Assembly: GCA_010405405.1 (NCBI GenBank)
Contig: MU004230.1
Location: 3,010,627-3,074,626, forward strand
Direction: 5' to 3'
DNA length: 64,000 bases
Origin: Microthyrium microscopicum
Taxonomy: Eukaryota
Part shown: one piece after another, positions 45,313 through 56,850 of the stretch
How the letters are laid out: the number at the start of each line of letters is the position of its first letter
Numbering within the stretch: position 1 is the first letter of the stretch
The notes under the pieces: model-generated
Told to the model about the DNA's origin: nothing
What the model saw: the letters and a program-made list of their open reading frames with translations, nothing else
Databases searched by the model: none
Translations under genes and position numbers: made by a program

Positions 45313-46626
45313 TCAACCATAAACACCACTCCTCGCCCAACCAACCCTCTCCCCAACCATCGGCCCAAAAACATCCCCCACATACCCCCCACCCCGCCCC
45401 AAAATATCCATACTCTCCTCCGTCGTCTCCCCCGTCATCAAAAACCCCGAATTATCCTCCTTGCGCCGCTGCCTCTCGCGATCCTGCTCAATCCGCTCCG
45501 CCACGAGCGCAAAGTAATCTGCGCGAAACACATTCATGTCTTCCCGCTGGACTGGCGTATATGCCTCGGGGCTGAGCCGGTTGGGCGGCGGCGCTTCGGC
45601 TGGGACTCCGTGGGCTGGTGATGTCTCCTCGGATGGGGCTGTGCTTGAGCCTGATGCCCGCGCGAGCTGCGCGGGCTGCGCGGGTGAGAAGATGGCGGGC
45701 GTGTAGTTGGCGGGTGATGTGGCGGATGTGCCGTTTGGTGGGGAGGGGGAGTGTCCGTTTGGGAGGGTGGGTGGGGAGGGCGAGGGGGAGGGTGGTGTTG
45801 GTGCGATGGGGGTTTTGGTTGGTGTGTTGATTGAGGGTGAGCGGGAGCCGGGTGGGGAGGGGATGTCGTGGAGATCTGGCATGCGTGTGTCGATTGTTGG
45901 GGAGGCGGTTTGGAGGACGGCGGTGGTGGATGGTTGGGGCGCGGATGCGGGTGGGTCGATGTCCATGGGGAGGGTGGTTGGGTTTTCGATCCAGCTCATG
46001 TCAGGCTCGGATTCGCTGGCGGAGTCTGTTTCGAGGAGTTCGGGACGGGCTTCGTAGGCTCGTTTTTCGAGATGTTCGCATAGTTGGCGGAAGGTTTTGG
46101 TGTCGAAGGTTTGGTGGATTGAGGTGTTGTGTGTTGTTCTGTTGTCTTCGGTACAGAATATTTGATAGTCGTTGTGTAGGACTTGGAGAACCTGTGTATA
46201 TCTTAGTGAATATTTAGAAGGCAAGACTTGTTCAACTTACGTATCTTACGCAATTAACGTTGACGATTCCCAAGCCATCTAGTGGTATAGCAGCATCTAT
46301 GATCTTTGGAAAGTCGCGCTCAATCATGCATATGTATGCAAGATGCTTCTCGCGTCGTGCTAGCTCTACCAAGTCTTCGAGAAAGTAGACTATATTGGCT
46401 CTCACGTTGATACTGCTGTCTTCCTGCGTCATATTAGCATATTGAAGTGATTTCGGGATGTATGGCGTACATTTTCTAGTTGTTCTAAAATACAAGAATG
46501 AAGGTCTTCATCAAGATCTTTATGCTTAAGCGCAAAGCTCACAACTTCGTCGCTATTATCCTCGCATGGATTCAAGGCTCGAAGACTTTTGCTGAAGATC
46601 AGACGCAGCTCAAATGGATCAGCCAT
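45313..46626 (-). CDS. CTK3: CTD kinase I gamma subunit-like; 3 exons (46626-46471, 46423-46241, 46191-45313), ~405 aa
   Basis: MADPFE, LDEDLHSCILEQLE, RANIVYFLE and C-terminal RIEQDRER motifs. Confidence 0.82.
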
Positions 46627-47717
46627 TTTGTAAGATGCTACGGCTTGTAGTTCATTTCAGTAAACCAGAGCTATGATAGCTTCATCCGGCAGAGTGACCG
46701 TGGAATGCTGGGAGTTTTTATGGAGCGCAAAATATGTGGTGGAAGTTTAGAGAGCGAGGTCTCATGAAAACAACCGAGTGAAGTTAAACAGGGGACGTAA
46801 AGAGCCTAGCGCGCACATGGTTTGGCGGCAAGGTCGCCTAAACTTAGTGGGACAGTCGCTAAGTAATAGGAACTCAAGAATAAGCCACAAGACATTCATA
46901 TGTTTCTGTGCATCCCACATCGCAGAGTTGCTCATCTTTTTTTTTAAAGAAAATGATGTTTACAGTATGGGTAAAATTACTTTCACAGTTTGCAAAGACA
47001 ACTTGTTCTTTCATCAATCCATTGCGTCTGTCAATGAACTACGATACTCTACATTCTCCACTACTAGTCTTATGGACCAACTCATCCACACAGCAGCTCA
47101 CAGCTCCTGAGCTCCTCCCCATCTCATGACGCTGAAGGTAAATCGCGCCTCTCGTCCATCAACATGCATAGAAGCCAGCAACTCGAATGCTAGCAACAAG
47201 AGTTATGAAAAGCAGAATACTGGCATGACCATAAATGCCCGCCATACTATGAATAAGGTATTGATCCATCTCGGACCCCTAAAGCCCGTCCAAAATAGCC
47301 GAGAAATGAAAAAGTGAATTGTAACGAAAGAATGGAGAAAGTCAAAGCAAAGCCAGTGGCTTTGTCCGAACGCCAGGATATCTCGCAGTGATAAATAGAT
47401 GTGGTAAGATAGAATATGGTATTTTATAGCAAGGTAGATGATGATGTGGCAGGCCTCAATATGAGGCTGAGATGCTGGTATAATTCGATGCCATGTAATT
47501 AATGCTTTCGTAGCTCATTGCTCATTTGTCGAGCGTGTGATCAAGCCATATGGTGGATGGGTGTGATGCGACAGCTTGTAATTCGTAATGCCCGATCCAT
47601 ACAGATCGTTGACATTGTCGTAGTGCCACAATGTGGGCGGTCGTTGGAGAGCTTGTCAGAACTCCGTATGGGACGCGCCGCGATGCGATGGGAGACAAGG
47701 ACTACCAAGTGTCATGT

Positions 47718-50700
47718 TCACTGGATGTAAAGCTCAATCTCTCCCATGCCAAGTGGGGTATTCCCTCGTTGAGATTCTCGCCATGTTTCAAAGGCCATCT
47801 GCACATCCTCATCACTGAGAATGCCGACATAGTCTCCATCATCTTTGTACTTCAGTTTGACCTGACCATTGCTCAGACTGAGAGAGGAGCTTCGCTGCAG
47901 CTTGGCGTCAATCCGATCTTTGAGAGACTGGAAAGAAATTGTAGTAGGAACCACAAGAACCATGCTGCTGACTGGTATATCCCCAGCCATACTATTCTTG
48001 GGAGATCCGCAGTGAACTCGCACTTTGAGTTGAGTGGGTGCTTGTCCTTGCGCGAGCATATTTGGAATGGTATGATTCGAGGCGTGTCCTTGTGGAATGC
48101 CAGGAGTGAGCGAAGCTGGAGTAGCATGGGTTGGTGGAGGTGACATGGTAGGTATCCGCACATCAGGTTGAGCATAATGATCCATGGAGGTAGGGAATGG
48201 TCTCGCGTTTTGATGGGGAAGATATTCGGTAGATAGGCCCTGAGGCGTCATGCTTCTGGGATGCGACGATTGATGATGCTGTTGGGCCGGGGGTGCTTGT
48301 GTAGCGGCGCGCATCGGCAACGTGGTCATAGCTTGTGCAGGAGAAGAACTCTGAGATCTATTCAGAAGTGATTGTGCATAAGGATATTGACTTGTGAAGG
48401 AAGGCAGGTTGGGCATTGGTGGCACCTGGGAGGGATCGTAACGGTGAGCAGGGTTTGCAATATCTGGACTGCTTGCAGAGCGCATTCGGTTAACCATAGG
48501 ATTTGATGAGTGTGCTGAAGGGGGGAGCGAAGGTCGCTGCTGAGGGACGCGGTTTGCGGACTGGTATGAGTTCATTTGTTGACGAGGCATTGCTGGAGCA
48601 GTAAACCGATGATCATCGACGCTCCAGCCGGGAATAGGGGGATGTTGTTGTGGTTGGCTTCGGAAACCATACATGCTTGGAGTTCCACTGCTTCTTGTCG
48701 ACATGGGAGACTCGGTAGCTGGTGAAAAGAAAGAGTCACCCACATCAGGCGAGATTGGGCCGTTAGTTCGTACTTGGAGCGCAGGCGCTTGGTTGCCCAT
48801 GGGGAATTGACGTGGAGCTATCCGATTTATGCTGTCTCCAGTCGTTGACCTCGATCTCAAGCTGGTATTGGAATCATTTCTACTGATTGGATACTGGTTG
48901 TCGGCGTATGCTGGGTAGTTGTTAAGTGTTGATCCGTCCATATCGTCTTCATCATCGTCCTCTTGTTGTTGCTGGTAAGGATTCTCGAGGCGCTGGTTCT
49001 GCATATATAAGAAATCATTGTCACGGATATCCGGTGGCCGCTGGCTCATGCGGGTTGACTCTCTCCACATCTTGCGTTGCGAGTTGATTTGATCAGACCA
49101 CCTTCTCATCGTGTCCTCTTGTGTGAACTTGATTGTGAAGGATTCGACTCCCGGATCTCCTTTCCAGAAGATTTGCAGCGAGTAAGATCCAGATTTCGCC
49201 GACGTGATAGTATCCGTGACGTTTTGCATAAAGATCCTACCCTTCAGCTGCAGTCTCGGTCTTCCTCTCTTGTCGACGAGCTGCTTGCCAAGCACTTTAT
49301 TTTTCTGCTTGCTTGAATTCATTTCCTTGCAACATAACAAAATCATTTCAAAGAGATACATTTTGTACTTGTAAAACGTTAGTACATGCACGTTCAACTC
49401 CAAGTAGAGTAGCTTACCTCTCGTTCCTGCTCCTTTGGATTAGAGCTGTCTCCTTTAATGACTTGATATGTGCCGTGGAGTAGCAGGTCGCGAAAGCTTT
49501 GCAGTTGGTGTCCTTTCCAATCTTCCACTCGTTCATTGAGCTCTTGCATTGCTTGCGTTCGTTCTTGTCTGTCAATCGCAGCATTGGTGGCTTGAAGTAC
49601 AGAATTCGCGGCTTCGATACCGGCTTCGATGTCCTTCTGTCTGATTGGATCCAAGTCGCCTTTATCCCGGAGTTCCCTCAAAAGCAGTGGATATTTCGAC
49701 AAGCGTTGAAAAGGCTTTAACAAGAAGGCGGCTAGAACAGTCGAATCGCTGGTGAATTGATGTAGTTCGGGAGGACCACCAATGTCCCTTAATTTGTCGA
49801 ATTCTCTGAGCGCGACTTTTTCGCATTTATTTTGGTTGGCGATGTATTGTTCGTAGACCTTGAAAGCATCCTTGTAGAGCACAAAAAGACTGCCCCAGTT
49901 CTGTTGCTCTTCGGGGACTATGTTTGTCTGCTCAACTCGAATCAAGAAGCGACGCTGAAAATCCAGGAGGGCATTGAGGTTGAAGAATATATCGTGAATA
50001 GCATCACCGCTAATGACGCCCTTTTCCTCCACCAGCTTCTTGAAATCGTGGAGCAATTCCAAATGTTGCACATAGGTTCTTTCTGTTGCTACAAGCTCGG
50101 CAACAATATGCTGACGCTTGGTTTTCTTCACCCCAGAGACATCACCTGCTTCGTTTTGACCAAAGCTAGGATCCAGTACCCCTTTTGAAACCAGTATATC
50201 CAGGACTTGATTGAGCACTCGAGTCACCTAAAAGGAGATTATGTCAGCGACCAACTAGAAACATTTTATGCGTCATGTTTACCTTGACGAATCCGGTGGT
50301 ATCATCACCGTACAAATCGCGAATTTGGAAGCATTCCTTGATTTTTAGGTCATTGACGCAGGCCTGTATGAACTTGTATGTGGTGTCTTTCCGCCTATTT
50401 GCTTCGGTTTTTGTCATATTTTCCTCCAAAAGTACTCTTGGCCCCGTAGCATTGTATAAATCAATCAATGGATATCCTCGTCGAAAAAGCCGCCAGACAA
50501 GAGTAACGGGATCCGCATCTCCTCCAGCTTCAACTTCTTCCTCGCGCAACATGTTATCGAAACCCTGCAGACCCCTTAACCGCTGACACAGAGTCGTACA
50601 TATTTGAAAAAGCGAGCCCTCCTTGTCGCCACGTTTATTTAGTACACTCTCTTGAGGAGCCAGAGGGTTTCCGAGGTTTGAAGGCGTGGGTGTAGGGAGC

Positions 50701-50900
50701 GGAGGCGGGTTGAAAAGGGTTGACTGTGTTGTCGCTCCGGTGGAGTCGCTGCTGCGGAGGGAGCTCGGTTGGGAGTATGAGCTGGTATGAGTGTTGGACT
50801 GGTGTGAATTGGACATGTATGCGGTAAAGCGGCCTGGGGCGGCGGGGATAGAGGGATGAGTCGAAGTGCGAGACAGTTGGTAGGAGGAAACAACCTCCAT
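47718..50900 (-). CDS. CDC24: Rho GEF Cdc24/Scd1 (CH-DH-PH-PB1); 3 exons (50900-50283, 50227-49418, 49367-47718)
   Basis: DLYGDDTTGFVKV (CH), ELVATERTYVQHLE and LLKPFQRLSKYPLLL (DH), YLFEMILLCCKE (PH), LKYKDDGDYVGILSDEDVQMAF (PB1). Start codon choice is uncertain. Confidence 0.96.
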
Positions 50901-51167
50901 AATAGAGGCGGTGGAGGCTCGAGGAGGGCCGAGGGGGGTGGTGGCGGTTACACAACTCTGGCGATGGAATGTAGAGTGGTTGTGGAAAGTCTGGGTTGTT
51001 GTGGGGTTGTTGATAGGAACCGAGCAGAATCTGTTCTTCCCTTGAGGTTGATGGAGATGGGGAGAGAGTTGTGGATGGGCTTTGACAAGAGTCTGTCGGA
51101 ACAAGTCCACGGACGGGAGAAAGCACTGAAGCAGGCAGTGTGCTAGAGTGCTAAGGGTGCTCTAGTC

Positions 51168-51251
51168 GGGCTGCTGGGCTGCTGGGCTGCTGGCTTGGTC
51201 GGGGGTTCTCTGAGGGGGGTGGAGGGATGCTTGCTTTGCTTTGCTTTGCTT
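51168..51251. repeat. Short tandem repeats (GGGCTGCT)x3 and (TTGCT)x4 in the CDC24 upstream/leader region
   Basis: Read directly from the sequence. Confidence 0.7.
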
Positions 51252-53818
51252 CCTTTGGTTTGGTTAGGGACCGCCCAGTGGTTTGCATCAACTCTGAAAC
51301 TGGAAAAGGGGGCCCAAGCGTTTACGAAGAAGCCTCTCGCACTGCAACTTTTCCCATCATACATGATCCATCCCCACGCTGCCTTCGCATAATTAATTCT
51401 GCTTTTATAATATACATCGCCGCTCGCTATACAATCTACAACCAGCTCCTGCTCCATTCTCTTGACTTGGCGTTGCTGGCAGCATGCCAACATAACACCC
51501 ACCAAATCTGCTTCCCGGAAGCGAGGTTGGGGATATTGCGGATCGCGTCTCCCTCTCAAACCACATCAAAGCAGGGCAGAGTGACAGAGTCTGGCAGGAG
51601 TCGGGCAATTGGACGAGTCGACAACTCTCCAAACCAGGGCCGCGCGCTACTCATTGCACTTCTGACCATGACTGCAGCTTTCACGCTCTATCATCACTTT
51701 TCCAAGGCTTCAAGTATTGCTCACACGCTCTCTTGCTCGAGCCGCCCTCACCAACAATCGACAAATCAGTCGAGCATTGGACGTTGAGTGCAGCACAAAC
51801 AGAACCAACCAGTTGCCCTCCCTTGGCTTCCAGAACATGCGTGGATTGCAGCACCATGCACCACTCAACAGCGACAGAACATTTAAAGCGCCAACCACCG
51901 CGTCCTGTTGGGCACACAAAGTCGACCGGCGCTTCACCAAATGTCGGAGACTTGTCTGTATCTCTCCCTCTTATTATTGGCCGCCGTTTTCTTGTGCATC
52001 GACATCAAATGTATTAACCCAAGAAGCCCAGAAAATCTCGGTCACGTGAGGGTCCATTTCCTTTTTGAGAAGTGTTATCAACTTATCGCGCATCAATCTC
52101 ACAGAGCGCTTTTCGCCGTGTCATTTTCTTTAGGCTGTGAAACCCGCTCCTTGTTGGGCCTGAGTGGACCTTCAGTCCTTCACACGCCCAACTAAACTTG
52201 TACAGTTTTTGCAGACAAATGTTTATCAAAAGTGAAAGTGCCCCCCATGCAACATTGCAAATTGGGCTTGATGGCCACATCCTTGGTCTAAAACACGCCA
52301 CCTCTCCTATTTCCATTTTGTCCAATGATGCAAGGCTGAACTTCTTGCTTACAATTCCTGGGCGATCTTTAAAGGCTCGGTCGCCATTGGGGTTTGTTGA
52401 ACACCATGAAGATCATCGAATATCCCAGAAAACCCGAACATGTTCGCGGGTGATGGTACCGTCCCTGCGGTTCTCGGTCCGCCGTCGTTTGCAAGTGTCG
52501 CTCAACCAAAGCTTTTACGAAGACCCAGGTTCAGCGCAATCCCACCTCAGAAGCTGGAAATGAAACGGGTCGTCGCACATCTTAATTTCAGTATTTAAGG
52601 CTGGCGGCGGCGCGATGGTGTTCAGCTGGGCAGCAAAACCTACCCTGATAATTTCTCTATCCCACGGAACATCTGTTTGGTAAGAATAAGAAAGATACCA
52701 AGAGGGATAGTAAATGGAAAGAATAACCGACCCAAGAACTGTAGGATGATATAATAGCAAGGGTGGAATAGCTGCTATCAAAAGACTGATATAGACGTCG
52801 GTGAAAATCACCACGTCTATTTTCTCTATTATTTTCGTTCTGACCTCTTGAAGATAGATGGTTTTTATAGTCTCAAGATACTCGTGTCAAAGATCAGATG
52901 CTCTAATCTCAATTCTCCTTCAAATTGCAAGAATTCAGATCTCTGATTCTGGGAGCTACATACGATTCCCATCATCATCGATACGATATACTCTACCATC
53001 CATATTGAAAACTCTTGATTTTTGGCAGGGCAATGGGTCAAGCGACTTCAAGAAACTCAAGGATATCGGGTTCATCATTCGAAGTACTCCATATGCTAGC
53101 CGTCTTGATTTCAGGCAAACTGATACAGTATCTGATATCCATTGTTACCATCCACCTATAACATGACCCTGTTCATAGCGTGTTTGAGTGCTACCAGGTA
53201 TCAAGCGAGCAATATGTTCTGGAAGGCCGAGCAGTATTTGGTACTTTGGTGGTTCCCATGCACGACCATGGGCTGTCTTACCTATCGTATTCAAATAGTC
53301 AGAGTACAAGAAGGTAGTGAAGTTCTGGATGACTGTAAGAGGTAGTTTGAAAATGTACCGGTAGTTCTTCATGATTGGGTCCCATCAATGCGACTATAGA
53401 TTTTGGATCTTTACACTGGATTAATTTGCAGAAATCCATTACTACCGGTATGCTCGCCTAGTCAGTGGTAAAGTGTTGAAAAGTAGATAGAAAGCTGGAT
53501 AATTGGTTGTTGCAGGTGGTGACTGAGACGTTGGCTAACAAAAGGGAAGGCTCCAGAGTCAGTCCAGACTTTTGGCTCCTTGCAGCAACACCTTGACTTG
53601 CCTCAACACAACCACTTCCACGCCTACTCTAACCATACCACTATTCCACTCCTAATACTTTAATCTCCTCCTCCATCTCCTGCTCCCAACTGTGCCTGGT
53701 GATCTGACAATACTGCAGCCAGACTTGCTTTCTATCCATCCCTACCTTTGTAATCTGTGCTGTGCGCTTCTTGTGCTGCACATCCTCATCCCTTACAACG
53801 TCTCTCCTCGCCACTATC

Positions 53819-56592
53819 ATGACCTGGCTAAATGATGAGGGCTTCTCGGAGGAAACCCGCATGGCAGAAGACGCTCTAGACAATGAAGTTGGCCCTTCAG
53901 CATCTCAGATACCTGACTGGGTAGCCCGTCTACCCGCAAGACAAAAGAGTGGTAAGTTTACTTGTTCCCTCTATGCCAACCCCACAATCTTCGTCTTCAT
54001 CAGCCTTTGCTAATCAGCCATCCACTCCCAGAACTCGCCTATGCCATCCTCCGAAGCCTTCCAACATCCAATATCGCTTTGATTGTTGACAAACTCAATC
54101 CACTCCTTCATATCGACCCCATCCTCCACCTTCCGGCTGAAATCACTCAGGAGATCTTCGCTTACCTTGATCTCCCTTCTCTCGTCACCGCAACTGTTCT
54201 ATCGAGATCATGGCGTCTCCAAGCACTAGATCCACAATTATGGAAACACTTGTTCGCATCGGAGGGTTGGAAGGCAGACTACAAGCGCGTGTGGGATTTT
54301 GAAGAAGGACAACGGCAGCGCGACCAAGAGAAGCAACGCGAACGCAAGTCACGCGCACGGCCTGCGGATGCCGTTTCCGATACCGAGTGCAAGTCCCCTA
54401 AGAAGAGAGCTCGCGAACAAAGCCAGTTTCAACGAGATGATGAAGATTCGGCCATGCTGGAAGTAAATGCAGCCAGTCCAGCTCGATGGGCGGAGCAACA
54501 TGGCACGGTTGAGGCCGATGATGTCGACATGGAAGACCTAGTTCCAGGCTCAACGCGACTAGACGATGAAGATCAAGCTCAACAAGCACAATTGTCCCTA
54601 TTCAATTCTCGGCGAAATACGACTCGTCCACAGCCCATATATCCGCCAATAAAGTCAACACTATTGACCACAGAATTTAGCTCATCTGCCCAGATAAACT
54701 GGCAATATCTATACAAGCAAAAGCGTAGACTGGAGGAGAACTGGAAAGCCGCACGATTCACAAATTTCACATTACCCCATCCTAGTCATCCCCACGAGGC
54801 TCATGCGGAGTGTATTTACACCATCCAGTACGTGGGAAAGCACTTGGTCAGCGGTAGTCGAGATCGAACAATTCGCATCTGGGATCTGGACACTCAGCGT
54901 CTGATATTACCACCGCTACGTGGACATGAAGCCTCTGTTCTTTGTCTTCAATTTGATATGCGACCATCAGAAGACGTGATAATATCAGGGGGAAGCGACT
55001 GTCACATCATCGTGTGGCAATTCTCTACCGGCAAGATGTTGAAGAAGATCGAACGCGCACATCACGAATCTGTGTTGAATCTGAGATTCGACAGCCAATA
55101 TCTAATCACATGTTCCAAGGACCGGACTATCAAAGTTTGGAATCGCCATTCACTCTTACCGGATGATGAGGCATACCCGGCCAAAGGATCATCATCTTCT
55201 GCTCGATGGCCCTCTTACATTATCGATATTTCTGACGAAATGGCTCGAACTGGTTTACGGATTCAACCGCTTGCTGAATATTCCTTGTTGATGACCCTTA
55301 ACGGACACTCTGCTGCAGTAAACGCAATTCAAGTGTTGGACAACACCATTGTGTCAGCATCAGGTGATAGACACATCAAAGTCTGGAACATCAAAACTGG
55401 CATGTGTACCAAGACAATATACGGTCATCAAAAAGGCATCGCTTGTGTACAATTCGATGGCCGTCGGATTGTTAGCGGTAGTAGTGATGAAACCGTCCGC
55501 ATATTTGATGCAGTCACAGCGGCGGAAGTTGCATGCTTGAGAGGCCATGCTGAGCTTGTTCGTACTGTACAAGCTCGTTTTGGCGATGTTATGAGCGACG
55601 TCAAGAAGGAAGAAGCAGAGGCGCGAGCATTGGACCAGAAGTTCTTCAAGGCTTCCGCATCCAACCCGGAGCAAGCCAAGCTTTCGCGAGAACAGTGGCG
55701 CGCTCGAAATGCCGGTAGCAGTGATGTTAATGATGTATTTGCATATGGTGCAAAACTCCCACCTGGGGGAGGCGGAAGCAAATGGGCTCGGATTGTCTCT
55801 GGTAGCTACGACGAAACTATCATTATCTGGACTAGAAATCCCAAGGGCAAGTGGATACCTCTACATCAACTCACGCAATGGGAAGCAATTCTCCGAGCTG
55901 GTGGTCAACCCCGATACATCCCACAGCCTGGTCAATTTCCTCCAGCACAACACATTGCGAATGGTGAAGTTCGACGAAGAGCTCAGCGTACTCATCATAA
56001 CAATCATCGACAGCAGCCGCAGCAGCAGCAACAGCCACAAGCCGCCCAAGGTCGTAATGGTCGTACACAGCAACGTACAGCACATCTCACACAGAACCAC
56101 GCCTCTAACGCACAGTCAGCCGCATCGCCAAGCTCCATGCAAGCTCAACATAGTACATCTGTGACCCCAGACCCTCCCACTGCAAGCGCAAGCAGTGCAG
56201 CTGCTGTGATGCTGCGGAACGACAATGCCGCCTCTAGACCGCAACCATCTCCTCCTCAAGCTACTGCCCAACCCATTCCCCATCGTCCCGTCCAACCAGG
56301 ACAGCAAGCTCAGGCAGGAGCCACGACAACTCAAGCTCCCACCGCTCCCGCCTCAAACTCTAGACATACACAAGCGCAAGCGGCTTTGGCGACCCAGTCA
56401 GCAAATGCACAAGCACAAGCCACAGCTGGCGCGCAAGCAGGCCCTCATCACGGACAACGCATCTACAAGCTTCAGTTTTGCAGCCGGCGACTGCTCTGCT
56501 GTAGTGTAGAGCCGATTATCGTCGGTTGGGATTTCTGCTGTGGTGACCGAGACTTGGAGATAGCATCGGAGTTTTTCAGCGAAGAGTCGTAA
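53819..56592 (+). CDS. fwd-1: F-box/WD40 SCF substrate receptor, beta-TrCP/FWD-1-like; 2 exons (53819-53951, 54032-56592)
   Basis: N-terminal DEGFSEETR, F-box LPAEITQEIFAYLD, WD40 repeats (VSGSRDRTIRIWD, VSASGDRHIKVWN, GIACVQFDGRRIVSGSSD) and a Gln/Ala-rich insert before the last blade. Confidence 0.85.
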
Positions 56593-56850
56593 TCTGGGAG
56601 TAAAGCATGGTGATATTCTGCTGACATTTCAGTTGATAGCATAGCGCATATTGGCATGTCTTGCCGGGGAAATACTCGTCGTACACATGGCTGTTATGTA
56701 CCTACTACATTCCTCAAATAATATTTATTATTCCAAATTACTCCTGTCGTCTACGAGAAACACGTCGTAAGTGGTCTAATCATTGCATTTGTATATCCTT
56801 AAGTCAGTGAGCTGTTGACCTTCCATCCAAGCTTAGTATCGCTCTATCAT

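Noticed and set aside
45618..46217. Gly/Arg/Trp-rich plus-strand ORFs opposite CTK3
   Set aside because: By-product of G-rich strand skew over a Pro-rich coding region.
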